A stretch of 64,000 bases of DNA from Chitinophagales bacterium. Its GTDB lineage: Bacteria; Bacteroidota; Bacteroidia; Chitinophagales; JABDMM01. The first letter of the stretch is position 1. Every line of letters begins with the position of its first letter. Where the stretch lies: assembly GCA_013001465.1 (NCBI GenBank), contig JABDMM010000123.1:8845-72844 (forward strand), given 5' to 3'. Below are positions 9,365 to 20,900 of the stretch, piece after piece. Under the pieces are notes generated by a model. That model made no database searches. It worked only from the letters and a program-made list of their open reading frames with translations, and was not told the DNA's origin. The position numbers and the translations under genes were made by a program.

Positions 9365-9715
9365 TTATTTCATTTGAGACAATTGCACATAAAAATCCCC
9401 TGGTACTTTGAAGTAAGTTACCCAACCATAACCATGATCTTCGATCTCTCCTTTGAACTCAACACCCTTTGATCTAAGATCGCTTACTGTCTCCTGAATA
9501 TTATCACACATGAATGAGATATCGTGTGTTCCTGAAGGGGAGCCCTGCTGACCGCTTTCATCTGAAGGATGAACACCCATATCTGCTGCAGGCAGATTAA
9601 AAATTAGCCAACCTTCGCCGGCATCGAAATGAGAGAAGCCTAATTTATCTTTAACAAAGTCCCTTAATTCTTCGGCTTTAGCTGTATAGAACATCGTATG
9701 AACTCCGGTAATCAT
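9365..9715 (-). CDS. VOC / glyoxalase-family protein
   Basis: 116 aa. Size and pattern fit (MITGVHTMFYTAKAEELRDFV..., HPSDE, HDISFMCDNI, YGWVTYFKVPGDFYVQLSQ) for the single-domain glyoxalase/bleomycin-resistance fold. Confidence 0.7.
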   Translation of the reverse strand: MITGVHTMFYTAKAEELRDFVKDKLGFSHFDAGEGWLIFNLPAADMGVHPSDESGQQGSPSGTHDISFMCDNIQETVSDLRSKGVEFKGEIEDHGYGWVTYFKVPGDFYVQLSQMK

Positions 9716-9769
9716 AAGCAGTTACATTTTTATGAATTTAATGATTCTTATATATACTATTGAAATTAC

Positions 9770-11080
9770 TTATTCCTCCTCAAAATATTCCTTGCGCAGA
9801 GATTTGATCTCCTGAATATAATAGCCGTCATCGACAGAATTTTCTGCTGCCTTCAGCAATCTTCCTACATGACGCGTTATAGCAATTTTTTGCTCTTCAG
9901 TTTCTGCGAGTTTATTTATAGTCACGAAACTTTGCATCAACTTGGAAAGTACGGCCGGGCTTCCAACAGCAAAATATCGAATCTGATTAAAGGAGGCATC
10001 CATCATGCTTTCGAAAGAAGAAGGAGAAGTGAGCACCCTTATTTCCTGATCATCATCAAGTCTGATCGATTTTGGAAAAGAAACTTTAGTAAGGTATCCC
10101 ATACTCGAAGTAAGCTTATCGATACAAGCTATAGCCGTATACGGATCATTCACACCCGGAGATAAAGCTCGCGCAGCGATCTCAACTAATTGGTGAATAG
10201 CAAACTCAGCATCCTGATGTGGAGTTCTGATATCTCCATAAACAAAGGCATCATGCAAATTTTCTATCGCTTCGTTTTCTACTGGTTTAGATGAGTATAC
10301 CTTTAAAAGTTGAATTCCTTCTACCAGATAGTGTCCCGGTCTGTGATTAAGCTCTACCACCACTTCATTCTTTTTTGCTGAACGAATTAGGGATTCATTA
10401 TCGATAGATTGCAGGTATCCGTCTTTTTTGCAGTTTAGTGAATATTGGTACTCCAGGTTAGTGAGTAGAGCATTTCGATCAAGATCATTTTCATCCTTCC
10501 CTTCTCCCATTTTCACCGGGAATAATCGGCGAATGCCTCTTGACAATTCACTCCCAACGTCAGAAATTACTCGATCTGCTTGTATGCTGATAGAAATATG
10601 ATGTATAAATATTATCAGAAGTATAATATTCCCCAAGGCCAGAAATATCGCCAGTAGAACTGAGAAGTTAGGAGTGAAAGTGAAGGATTCTGATCTAACC
10701 GTTTTTAGTATGATGATGCAGTATGCAAAAGTCGATACATAAGTTCCCAGAACCACCTGATTCAATCGATCATACATGAAGTTTCTAAGCAGTCTGGATC
10801 CAAACTGAGATGACGCTAATGTAAGTGCAACCAGTGTTATCGAAAAAACAGTACCTGCAACGCCTATCATAGCAGCTGCTATGATTGAAAGAACACTCCT
10901 GGCAGAATCTACACTATCGAGAAAAAAGTATCTTATAAAGCCCTCCGGCTGATAGTTAAAAGTCGTATCCAGATATATCATCAACACTGCCGCACCCTGA
11001 CTCAGCCCAATGATCACTATTGGCAGGAACCAAAAGCTGCCTTTTAACAGGAACCAGAAGTATTTTATCTTGCTTTTCAA
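9770..11080 (-). CDS. DUF2254-like integral membrane protein
   Basis: 436 aa. N-terminal half has about 5 TM helices (begins FWFLLKGSFWFLPIVIIGL). Soluble C-terminal half. The layout matches the DUF2254 family as I recall it. Confidence 0.55.
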   Translation of the reverse strand: MKSKIKYFWFLLKGSFWFLPIVIIGLSQGAAVLMIYLDTTFNYQPEGFIRYFFLDSVDSARSVLSIIAAAMIGVAGTVFSITLVALTLASSQFGSRLLRNFMYDRLNQVVLGTYVSTFAYCIIILKTVRSESFTFTPNFSVLLAIFLALGNIILLIIFIHHISISIQADRVISDVGSELSRGIRRLFPVKMGEGKDENDLDRNALLTNLEYQYSLNCKKDGYLQSIDNESLIRSAKKNEVVVELNHRPGHYLVEGIQLLKVYSSKPVENEAIENLHDAFVYGDIRTPHQDAEFAIHQLVEIAARALSPGVNDPYTAIACIDKLTSSMGYLTKVSFPKSIRLDDDQEIRVLTSPSSFESMMDASFNQIRYFAVGSPAVLSKLMQSFVTINKLAETEEQKIAITRHVGRLLKAAENSVDDGYYIQEIKSLRKEYFEEE

Positions 11081-11241
11081 GTTTTACGGATTGAATTCAG
11101 AGGAAAAGATAAGGAATTCTATAGTTCTTCTATTATAGCCATATTGATCTTGAATCTTAATTTGGATTTTACTGATTCTTACTCTACTACAAAGGATGTT
11201 TCCCTTAGATAACCGCTAGATCAAATAACACATCAATATGT

Positions 11242-12519
11242 CTATTTTTTATTTATTAGTTTGAATATTATAGTAGCAAGGAGCCCAACGGCTGCGAATG
11301 AAGCTATCAAAGCAAACACGTGTTGATGTCCGACTTCACCCGGGGAACGATCCAAAAGAAATCCCATAAGTGGTCCCATAAATATATCCGGAGTATAACC
11401 GATAAAAGAGACTATACCAATTGCACTTCCTGTATATAACAGCGGTACTTTTGCTTCTTCGAACAATACAAAATAGACTCCTCTCAACGCATGAATTCCG
11501 ATGCTTGTTGTTACAACCACTGCAACGATCGACACATATACACCACTTCCAAGCAAGCCAAATGTGATAAAAGTGCTTCCAAAAATAATGATCATGAAGC
11601 CCAATAAGAGTACTGTGGATGATTGGATGCGATCTCCGAGAAAACCTGCTGATACCGCTGCAAAAGGCCTTACCCATAATGAGATCGAGGCTATTTTAGC
11701 CGCTTCTACATCATCATAATTAAATGTGTCATACACGTATAGTGAAAAATCATCTGTTCCTTTGTATGCAACATAAGCACACACAACTATTACAGCTTGG
11801 AGCCAGATAGAAGGTCTGCTGAGACCATCTTTTAAGCCTTCGAGAGATATTCTCTTTATCGAACCCACATCATGCGATGCTGGTGTATCCGGAACCAGAA
11901 AGAATACGATAATTGCAATTAATATGACCAGAAAACTGATCATTAGGATAACAGCTCTGAGTGCATATGTTTTCTCTGTTATATTAGCAAAAGCGGGATC
12001 TGGAAGAAGCGATGAAAACACAAAAACGGCAATTGATGCCATCAATGCAGCCATGAGTCCCCTGCCACCATCTAACAAACCGTAAGCTTTCCCTTGACTG
12101 CTGGCACCACCCCAAACTCTTGTTGCTTTGATCAAGGCAGCCCAAAAAAGCAGAATGGTAGTCAAGCCCCAGAAAGCATATAAAACTACAAGGAGATTGA
12201 GATCCGGAACAGAAGCAAAGACAAATCCTCCAATTGCAGTAGACACAAGAGCAAATGACATCAGTTTTCTTGCGGAAAAAATATCTGCTAACGGACCTCC
12301 AAGAAAATATGAACCCATAGCTACCGTTCCATATGCCGAGAATGCCAAGCCAAGCTGAAGATTGTTGATCTCAAAAACATCAAGGATGGTTGGTCTAAAA
12401 ACCCTGACAAGTACAAATGGTAAAAGAAATATACCTTCCCCGGCTGCAACCATCGAGATCATTATGAAAACCTTATGCATCTTTCCGTTTGTGCCTTGTA
12501 AAGGTTGCTTGTCTATCAA
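11242..12519 (-). CDS. MFS transporter
   Basis: 425 aa with about 12 predicted TM segments in a 6+6 layout and a central loop. The true start may be the internal Met (MHKVFIM...). Confidence 0.75.
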   Translation of the reverse strand: MIDKQPLQGTNGKMHKVFIMISMVAAGEGIFLLPFVLVRVFRPTILDVFEINNLQLGLAFSAYGTVAMGSYFLGGPLADIFSARKLMSFALVSTAIGGFVFASVPDLNLLVVLYAFWGLTTILLFWAALIKATRVWGGASSQGKAYGLLDGGRGLMAALMASIAVFVFSSLLPDPAFANITEKTYALRAVILMISFLVILIAIIVFFLVPDTPASHDVGSIKRISLEGLKDGLSRPSIWLQAVIVVCAYVAYKGTDDFSLYVYDTFNYDDVEAAKIASISLWVRPFAAVSAGFLGDRIQSSTVLLLGFMIIIFGSTFITFGLLGSGVYVSIVAVVVTTSIGIHALRGVYFVLFEEAKVPLLYTGSAIGIVSFIGYTPDIFMGPLMGFLLDRSPGEVGHQHVFALIASFAAVGLLATIIFKLINKK

Positions 12520-12537
12520 ATCAATACTCTATGACTT

Positions 12538-13500
12538 TTAAGAATCATATAATGATCGCTTTACAGGATTGTCGATAGGAGGTATGGTTTTTAAGTATTC
12601 GTAAATCGCATTTACTTCGTATTCTTCTAAAGCAGAGTAGGGTAACATTGGATACTGAAGAGGCGCTTCGTTTTCCATGATCCCAAATTTAACCGCACTT
12701 ATAAATTGTTCTTTTGTCCATTTTCCGATACCACTTTCAGGATGTGGCGTAAGATTCGAAGAAAGTACAACACGCCCTTCCCTGTTGTATGGTTTGTTCC
12801 CTCCTGCAAAGTAACCTTTACTCAATTCTGGTTCAAGATAATTGTTGGTTTTAAAATCAGCAGAATGGCATACAAAACAATCGAGATTGTGTGCAAGATA
12901 TTTTCCCAGTTCCAGGGTTTCGCTCGAATCAGGTAACTGGATCTCTTTTTCTGGAAATGGAAATGGCTTCCATTCTATTTTGCAAAGTAACTTAGTTAAA
13001 AAAGAGGGTTCAGATGGTTTGTCAGGAGTTGGATCAGCGGCAACGAGTTTATGACCCGATCTTAAAAATCCAATAATGGCATGAAGATCTTCATCTGCCA
13101 TATGGGGTAACTTAACCATGTATGGCGGTGCATACTGACCATTTTTCTTGACTCCGGTTCTCAATAAAGTATAGATCTCTCCATCTGTCCATTCTCCTAT
13201 TCCATATTTTTTATCCTGGGTGATATTAGGGGAATAAACTACACCGAACTCAGGGGGTGCATCAGGCATTCTAGTTCCTGTCAATTTTCCGGTTGCAGGA
13301 TCTTTATGACAGCTAGCACAAAGCATAGAAACAAGTTTATGCCCGCGCTCGATCGATTCGGCTGTGGGAGTAACCTTAACTTCAATTTTTTCTACCTCAT
13401 ATGTAGGAATATCACTGTTATTAATGACAATAAAACCTACCGCTAATATTATAACTAAAAGCAGTATCAGAGATCCACCAATTTTTAAAATGCGTTTCAT
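12538..13500 (-). CDS. membrane-anchored di-haem c-type cytochrome
   Basis: 320 aa with an N-terminal TM anchor and two CxxCH haem-binding motifs (CASCH and CFVCH), one in each of two similar halves. Confidence 0.8.
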   Translation of the reverse strand: MKRILKIGGSLILLLVIILAVGFIVINNSDIPTYEVEKIEVKVTPTAESIERGHKLVSMLCASCHKDPATGKLTGTRMPDAPPEFGVVYSPNITQDKKYGIGEWTDGEIYTLLRTGVKKNGQYAPPYMVKLPHMADEDLHAIIGFLRSGHKLVAADPTPDKPSEPSFLTKLLCKIEWKPFPFPEKEIQLPDSSETLELGKYLAHNLDCFVCHSADFKTNNYLEPELSKGYFAGGNKPYNREGRVVLSSNLTPHPESGIGKWTKEQFISAVKFGIMENEAPLQYPMLPYSALEEYEVNAIYEYLKTIPPIDNPVKRSLYDS

Positions 13501-13686
13501 ATTACAAAGTTATTTAATAATGAAAATTAATAAAAACAAGATTGAAAAAAAAGCGAGTATCATTACTTGTCAGTTGCAACTATTAAAAAATCAATGTATT
13601 TCTTTTAAATTGATCACTAGAGCAGCTGATTAAAACTTAGCTTTCAGCAGAATTACTTAGTTTTCATCAAAATTCCTTATTAAGAT

Positions 13687-15294
13687 ATGAGTTTTTCAAC
13701 AATAGATCTGATCATCTTTAGCGGCTGGATCATTTTTATGATGGGGTTCGGGATATGGATCTCCAGGTCAAAGCAGGAAACAACACAGGATTATTTTCTT
13801 GCTTCCAAGGCATTACCCTGGTGGGCAGTTGGTGGTTCTTTGATCGCATCGAATATTTCAGCCGAGCAATTTATTGGAATGTCAGGTTCGGGTTATGTCG
13901 TTGGTTTTGCCATTGCTACATATGAACTAATGGCAGCCTTAACTCTATTGATAGTAGCTAAATTTTTTCTTCCGGTGTTTTTAAAAAGAGGAATTTATAC
14001 TATGCCTCAATTCCTCGAAGATAGATTTGATGGCAGAGTTAGAACAGGTTTAGCAATTTTTTGGGTTCTTTTATTCGTCTTTGTAAATATTACCTCAGTA
14101 CTTTATTTAGGAGGCCTTGCTCTTCAAACGATCATGGGTATCCCTCTTATTTACGGAGTTATAGGACTTGCGTTGTTTGCATCCACATTCTCGATTTTCG
14201 GTGGCCTTAAAGCAGTAGTCTGGACTGATGTTGTTCAGGTTGTTGTGCTGATATTTGGTGGTCTCCTTGCTAGCGTCATGGTTTTGAATGCGCTGGGTGG
14301 TAGTTTCCTTGGGGGGCTACAAACTCTCCTCACCGAAGCTCCTGAGAAATTTGATATGATCCTGGATAAAGCGAATCCGGAATATATGAATCTACCTGGG
14401 ATCAGTGTTTTAATAGGTGGTATGTGGATCGCGAATATCTACTATTGGGGGAATAATCAATATATTATTCAAAGAACACTCGCAGCGAAAAGTTTAAAAG
14501 AGGCTCAGAATGGTGCTGCATTCGCTGCTTTTTTAAAGATCTTGTTACCCCTAATTGTCGTCATACCGGGTATAGCAGCATTTGTCTTGCAAGCAGATAT
14601 AGGGAAACCGGATGAGGCTTATCCTTGGGTGCTTAACAACTACGTTGGCGTTGGTTTCAAAGGGTTGGCTTTTGCTGCCCTCATTGCCGCTATCGGTTCT
14701 TCTCTCAGTTCGATGGTAAATAGTGCTTCGACCATTTTTACCTTGGATATTTACCGACCGTTCTTCCTCAGCACCAATTCTAAAAAATCTCTAGATGCTC
14801 ATGAGCACGACAGTGCATCTTTATCTATGGAAGAAGAGTCTAAATTGGTGAAGATCGGAAGAGTGGCTGCCGGTGTTTCATTACTTCTTGGAGTTATAGT
14901 GGCACCGCTTCTTGGAAATCTGGATCAGGCATTTCAATATATTCAGGAGTATACGGGATTTATCAGTCCGGGTGTAGTTGCTGTCTTCTTATTGGGATTA
15001 TTTTGGAAGAAAACTTCAGCGAACGCTGCATTGGTTGCGGTTATTCTTGCAATTCCATTATCCGTCGGTTTTAAGTTGCTGACTCCTCAAATTCCATTTT
15101 TGGACAGAATGGGGCTTAGTTTCTTGATCTTATGTGGAATAATGATCGCTATTTCTCTTATAGAAAATAAGAGTAGTAATGATGCCAAAGGTATTGTCTT
15201 CCCTGATGGTTTGTTTAAGACAGGCAGCGTGTTTAATATATCAGCACTGATCGTTTGCGGCATGCTTGCCGTTATTTATGCCCTGTTCTGGTAG
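13687..15294 (+). CDS. sodium:solute symporter (SSS/SGLT family)
   Basis: 535 aa, about 13-14 TM. GGSLIASNISAEQFIGMSGSGY matches the SGLT-family signature region. Confidence 0.85.
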   Translation: MSFSTIDLIIFSGWIIFMMGFGIWISRSKQETTQDYFLASKALPWWAVGGSLIASNISAEQFIGMSGSGYVVGFAIATYELMAALTLLIVAKFFLPVFLKRGIYTMPQFLEDRFDGRVRTGLAIFWVLLFVFVNITSVLYLGGLALQTIMGIPLIYGVIGLALFASTFSIFGGLKAVVWTDVVQVVVLIFGGLLASVMVLNALGGSFLGGLQTLLTEAPEKFDMILDKANPEYMNLPGISVLIGGMWIANIYYWGNNQYIIQRTLAAKSLKEAQNGAAFAAFLKILLPLIVVIPGIAAFVLQADIGKPDEAYPWVLNNYVGVGFKGLAFAALIAAIGSSLSSMVNSASTIFTLDIYRPFFLSTNSKKSLDAHEHDSASLSMEEESKLVKIGRVAAGVSLLLGVIVAPLLGNLDQAFQYIQEYTGFISPGVVAVFLLGLFWKKTSANAALVAVILAIPLSVGFKLLTPQIPFLDRMGLSFLILCGIMIAISLIENKSSNDAKGIVFPDGLFKTGSVFNISALIVCGMLAVIYALFW

Positions 15295-15297
15295 AAT

Positions 15298-17913
15298 TTA
15301 CTCTTTGAGAATTCTGGCAACAGCAGTTAAACCAGCTTTGTTGCTGATCTCAACGATATATATTCCAACTGGTTGATCAAGGTAGAATTCTACCAGGTCT
15401 GTGTTCTGAAATACTTCCTGCGAAAGTAATCTTCCATTCAAGGCTCTTAGACTAACAGTTATCTCAGCTTCAGTTTCGCCGAGTGCTACATAGAATTTAT
15501 CTTTTGTGGGGTTTGGATATATTTTGAAGCTTTCACCAAAACCATTCTCTACGATACCTACTTTAATAGCCCAAATACAATCTGAAGTATCGATACAGCC
15601 ATTTTCCTCAACTATGACGGAGTAACCTCCACTCGAGGAAATGGTATATGTTTGCTGTTCTTTCCCTTCTATTATACTGAAGCTATCATTGCAGTCCAGC
15701 CATTTATAGATTGCATTTTCAGCAACAGCCATCAACGTATTTCCAATTTGAATAACGGAGTCCTCAACAGTTTTTATCGTTAGCTCAAGGTGTAAAACAC
15801 TATCACAACCTCTTGAATTAGCTATGGTATCGGTGAAAGATCCACTCTTGTTAAATGCTTTTCCACTTGGTCCGATATATTTATGGCAACTCGTATCCAC
15901 AATTGTGTCCGACGTGCTCGACTTAATGGTTAAATTAATAGTGAGTATGCTATCACATCCATATCGGTTACTTATGGTATCGACATATGTTCCATTGCTG
16001 TTATATACGCTTTTCCCGCTCGGAGTAACGTAACTATCACATGAAACCGGATCGATCGTGGCACTGCTATTATAATGGATCACAAGATCGATTGTGATTA
16101 TACTATCGCAACCTTCCAAATTCTGTATTGTGTCTGAATATGTTCCACTGCTATAGTAAGTATGCTTGCCACTGGGCGAAATATATTTGTTACAACTGGT
16201 ATCACTGATCAATCTTGTTGAACTCGACTTTACATTGATAAAGAACATTAAAATACTGTCGCAGCCTTTAGTATTCAAGATGGTATCAGGATAGACACCG
16301 CTGTTAAAAACTGTGTACTTGCCGCTGGGAAGCTCAAAACTATCACATGCGGAAATAGTTTGAGAGTCATAGCTGACATAATTCACAGTAAGGTTGATCG
16401 TGATAAAACTATCACACCCTTTTTGGGTTGCTATGGTATCTTGATAAATACCACTTGTATTATAGAATTTTCCAGAAGGGGATATGTACGATTGGCATAC
16501 AACAGAGAAGATCGTTGCGCTCCCGGAATAATTAACAGTTAGATCTATTGTGATAATACTGTCACAACCTCCTTTGTTGATCAGCGTGTCTTCATAAATG
16601 CCGCTTGTATTATATGTTTCATCTCCGCTAGGGACAGTATAGTTATAGCAAACTTCCGGGTTTATAACAGAGCCTGTTATAAAACAAATGCTGGTTTCAT
16701 AAACTCTGGTATGACCAGATTGCATTGCTCCACCATTGTTGAATGGCGCACCCATAGATACCGTATCACCGTCTGCGTTAAGACTTACAGAAAATCCTGC
16801 CTGATTACTCGCCGCTTCTCCGTTTATGATGTTTGCTGTCCTTCCCCAGTTACCTATGTTATTCTGAAACACTCTTAACTGCCCCGCATCAGCCCCATTT
16901 ACATCGCTTTTAACCGATCCAATTGCGACGACATTTCCTGTGTAATTTAACTCTACTGAGAATCCTGATTGGTCACCAGCAACTTCACCTTCGATATCCT
17001 TTCCAATTCGGACCCAGCTACTTCCATTATATTCTAACACTCTCACAAAACTAGAGTCAGTTCCAAATGGAATTTGAGTTGCACCGGAAGCGATGATGCT
17101 TCCGTCTGCATTTAGACTTACCGATTTACCAAAGTTGTCTAAACTTGACCGACCTTCGAGATTGATCCCTTTCTGAACCCAAACACCTGAGCTGTCCTCA
17201 AAAATTTTAACGAGTCCGGTATTTGATCCAGCAACACCATCATATCCGGGTGCACCAATGGCAACCGTACTTCCATCATTACTGATACTTACAGAAGTGC
17301 CAAAAAGATCATTTGCATTATCGCCATCAATATCAGAACCAATTTTGATCCAATTGCTTCCGTTAAATTCAAAAACTCTTGCAGAACCTTGCAAACTCGC
17401 GCCATTTTGAGGTGATCCCATTATAAGGCGATTCCCGTCACCACTGATGCTTACTGAAGATCCTGCATGGTCACCACCAGCTTCTCCATTAATATCATTT
17501 CCCTGCTTAATCCATGATCCGGAAATTATCTTATACACTCTAACATGACCGGATTCTGCACCGGTACCAAAATTATATGGTGCTCCAATAGCCACGATCC
17601 TGCCGTTATCAGAAAAGCTAACCGAGTATCCTGCTTTATCTCCACTAGCTTCGCCAAGAATATCAGCTCCCATTTGAACCCAGGAACCACTTGCAAAACG
17701 CATTACTTTTACTTTGCCAGATCCGGCATCAGGTGCTCCTATGGCAACTCTTGAGCCGCTTTTATTCAGGCTTACACTGTGTCCAGAATGTTCCGAACTA
17801 ACACTTCCGTTAATGTCAGTCCCAAGCTTATTCCAGTTCTGTGCATTTAAGCTAAGCTGGATAATCAGACTTAGCGCTAATAGATTTGATACTTTAAACC
17901 ACTTCATATGCAT
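15298..17913 (-). CDS. T9SS cargo: 7-bladed FG-GAP-like propeller + six 51-aa Cys repeats + type-A C-terminal sorting domain
   Basis: 871 aa. Signal peptide. Seven repeats built around G.SVS(L/I)..DG..vAIGAP. Six CxxYxxPSGK...GCDSI repeats. C-terminal FKIYPNPTKDKFYV...IYIVEISNKAG... is a type-A T9SS domain. Confidence 0.75.
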   Translation of the reverse strand: MHMKWFKVSNLLALSLIIQLSLNAQNWNKLGTDINGSVSSEHSGHSVSLNKSGSRVAIGAPDAGSGKVKVMRFASGSWVQMGADILGEASGDKAGYSVSFSDNGRIVAIGAPYNFGTGAESGHVRVYKIISGSWIKQGNDINGEAGGDHAGSSVSISGDGNRLIMGSPQNGASLQGSARVFEFNGSNWIKIGSDIDGDNANDLFGTSVSISNDGSTVAIGAPGYDGVAGSNTGLVKIFEDSSGVWVQKGINLEGRSSLDNFGKSVSLNADGSIIASGATQIPFGTDSSFVRVLEYNGSSWVRIGKDIEGEVAGDQSGFSVELNYTGNVVAIGSVKSDVNGADAGQLRVFQNNIGNWGRTANIINGEAASNQAGFSVSLNADGDTVSMGAPFNNGGAMQSGHTRVYETSICFITGSVINPEVCYNYTVPSGDETYNTSGIYEDTLINKGGCDSIITIDLTVNYSGSATIFSVVCQSYISPSGKFYNTSGIYQDTIATQKGCDSFITINLTVNYVSYDSQTISACDSFELPSGKYTVFNSGVYPDTILNTKGCDSILMFFINVKSSSTRLISDTSCNKYISPSGKHTYYSSGTYSDTIQNLEGCDSIITIDLVIHYNSSATIDPVSCDSYVTPSGKSVYNSNGTYVDTISNRYGCDSILTINLTIKSSTSDTIVDTSCHKYIGPSGKAFNKSGSFTDTIANSRGCDSVLHLELTIKTVEDSVIQIGNTLMAVAENAIYKWLDCNDSFSIIEGKEQQTYTISSSGGYSVIVEENGCIDTSDCIWAIKVGIVENGFGESFKIYPNPTKDKFYVALGETEAEITVSLRALNGRLLSQEVFQNTDLVEFYLDQPVGIYIVEISNKAGLTAVARILKE
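15766..16650 (-). repeat. six tandem ~153-nt (51-aa) coding repeats
   Basis: The first Cys of each unit falls at residues 422, 473, 523, 574, 625 and 676. Consensus C-x-x-Y-(I/V)-x-PSGK-x(3-5)-SG-x-Y-x-DTI-x(4)-GCDSI-(I/L)-T-I-(D/N)-L-T-(V/I). Confidence 0.8.
16699..17835 (-). repeat. seven ~55-aa beta-propeller-type coding repeats
   Basis: The G.SVS motif recurs at residues 45, 95, 151, 205, 262, 317 and 373 (spacing 50-57 aa). Each is followed by DG..vAIGAP and ...vrVfe...W.q.G. Confidence 0.7.
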
Positions 17914-17928
17914 TCAATTCAATATGGG

Positions 17929-20900
17929 TCATCTCAATAAAACCATTTTCCCAATTCCCTTCTTAAAGTATTTGTCAGCTTCGGTATTTATATGCTCTAT
18001 TTCTTCATTTGCCATCCTGGTAACCACCCTGTAGAAATAAACACCATTTCCTAGAGGATCTCCATACTGATCTGTTCCATCCCAGGTATAGTCGGTAATG
18101 TTTCGACCGATATGAAGATTGCCGATTTCCGATTGAGTGATCTCTTTAATCACTTTGCCTTTAACAGTCATGATCTGAATTTTAAAGTATTCAGGTAGCT
18201 CGCTTCCGGTCAAAGTAAAAACAAATTGAGTAGAGGTCGTAAATGGATTGGGATAGTTGAGAACATTAGATATCCCGGCTGTGGTGACTATTTCGAATGA
18301 GATTTTAAAAGGTGTCGCTCCACCAGAACGATTGCCACTCTTGTCTTTGTCCCTTACCACAAGTTGATAAATACCATCTTCAAAGAACTCTGGCCTGAGT
18401 TCTACTTTAGCAGAGTTATTACTTCCTCCTCCTGAAGCATCTGCTGGTATGAAATCCATTATCGAGCTTTTATGGAATATCTTTTTTGCACTTCCATCAG
18501 GATAGTTTAACTCTACTTCTATTACAGAAGTATCATCTAATGCAAGATAGCTGTTATCGTCTTTTAGTGTTATCAAAATAAATGGCTTGGCAGAAACGAT
18601 ATCGCCATCGAGAATGTGCTCTCCATCAAAAGTGACATCCAAAAGAGGATTTGTATTATCTCCAAATACCTTATAATTCAAAATTCCGATATTATTGAAA
18701 TGGTATTTTTCTACTTGGTCATTATCCGGGTTCATTTCGATAGTTAAAATGTTATCTCCAATGCCTTCATTATAAGTTTCCAATTTATAAGTCAAATGAA
18801 GCGTATCGTTTGCACTTAATCCCTGGTATCTCACAAAACTTGTATCGAACGATTGTGAAGCATCCAGATGTGAAAATTTGACCAAAACCGGATCGATGTC
18901 CAGATTACTTATGTTTTGAGCTCCAATTTTGATAGCAAGTGATTCACCCAATTGAAGTGTGTCGTTATCAAATAAGTACTTTACTGCTGGATTAATAGCA
19001 ATATCAGGAGCTTCTTCAAACATGACTCTCCAATATTGCAATTGTGATGGGGTACGATTGATATCATCCAATGCATTGAATTGTAATCGTAAGTAAGGAT
19101 AAGTAGCGGCATCTATAAAACTAAGCGTGGTATCCGTTGCATTCTTTATCCTTGATAGTAAAATTTCGGAGTTATCGTTTGATTTAGGTACACCGTAAAT
19201 GTCGATGCTGATATTATCTGTATTTCCTGTTTCTACCGAAGTACTTTTATAAAGTAGGCGATCCCAGTTTTTAGCCGGACCAATTCTATCTGATCTAAAA
19301 AATCCCTCCTTCCAGCTTCCGGTAAAAACAATATTTTCACTGATGGGTGTTGAATAAGAGCTTCCTAATTTTTCTACATGGGGATAGGAGCTGTTTCCTT
19401 TTTGTGTGAAGAAAATGTATGGTGCGGCTGCAAATCCACCTTTACTTAATGGAAGAACAGACATCGCTCCAATTCCTAACAATTTATTTACAAGTGAATT
19501 GTCCCATGATGTATACGGTGGCATGTTATGGCTATACATGAGAATATAACTTCCGGATGGTATTGAATCGATGAAATTGCTGATTACCTGACTCCATGGA
19601 ATACCCAGATCAGGATGAGTTCCAGTGGTGTTAAAATTGAAACCGAATTGCTCAAAGTATTGGAAACTACAATGAAAGTTACCATATGGACCAAAATCTG
19701 ATCCCCCTTGATTGATGCTGGACCAAGGTAAACCTGAATTTTCATCGATCACTGCAAAGGTCAGTCCGTTTAAACCGCCGCATCCTCCCATTCTCCAGCG
19801 ATGCATTTTCACTCCATTCAACAACCATCCCAGGTCGTCATCAGCAAGGTTTCCACCAATACCATTTCCAACTCCGGTAGTAACATCGATTTCTTTTACA
19901 TCATCGACATAATGAAAATTCCTGTCCAGAGAGTCGATATAAATATTGGAGTATGCGTTCTCTTCAAACTGATAATAGTGAGATTGATTCCAGCCTCCAG
20001 TGCTGCCCGGAATATAAACAAAGGAGCTTTCATGCCAGTTTATAGCTGATGGATCGCTGCTGTCTTTTGCAACTCTCCAATAATAAACTGTCGAGTCATA
20101 GTCTAGTAAGTTGACATTCCATTCGATCACACCACCTGGATGAAATACTCTTGCTTCAGTTTTGAAACTGCTGTTAAAGAGTTTAGATGTATCCAATTGC
20201 ATGATATACCATCTGCTATTAGAAAATGGATTTGATGTGCTGGACTTTAGAATGATATTTTTAGATCCTGTAATCCCATAATTATATGGACTCACAGGGA
20301 ATACATCCTCTGCTATTATATTTAAACTGATCTCTTCCGGAAAGTAGGAGTTTGGGATAGAATTGTTCATTTCTGAAAGTTCGCCGATCACTTCATCCGA
20401 AGCATCGATGGAAATTGAAAAGGTCTCGATCGAGTTGCTTGCTTCGTCGCCGTTTTGCTGTCCAGTGATCGTTGGTAATCTGAATCGAACAGTACTCTTG
20501 TATAAAGGTGCTTCGATCCGCTTGGTATAATTGAGCTGAGTACCGTCTTCTTTATTTCTGATCAGTCTTATATCAAAAGAATCCTTTACTGCTTTCCCCA
20601 GATTGTGAATATCCATTATAATATCGAATGAATCTAACACGGCACTCACCACTCGTGGTTCAAAGCGAACATGGTTTGGCTCGATAGCATAATCGGGATC
20701 CTCGTAGAAATTCAACTTCAATGCCGGATCACCATGAAGCGTCATTTCATGGGTCACCAGTTCTGTATATATATCTTGATTGGTAGCGTTGATTTCTGCA
20801 ATTGTTGACTGTATTATCTCACCCAATGGTCTCCCATACAGATCTTTTGACATGTTTTTGATAAACTTTTTTGCAAAAACATCCAGGCTTATTGAAATTG

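Noticed and set aside
15766-16650. Regular ~150-nt periodicity (and ~1-kb periodicity at 54421-57477) considered as a CRISPR array or non-coding tandem repeat
   Set aside because: The repeats are in frame within long ORFs. They are diverged at synonymous positions and have no short identical direct repeats separated by unique spacers. No cas genes are present.
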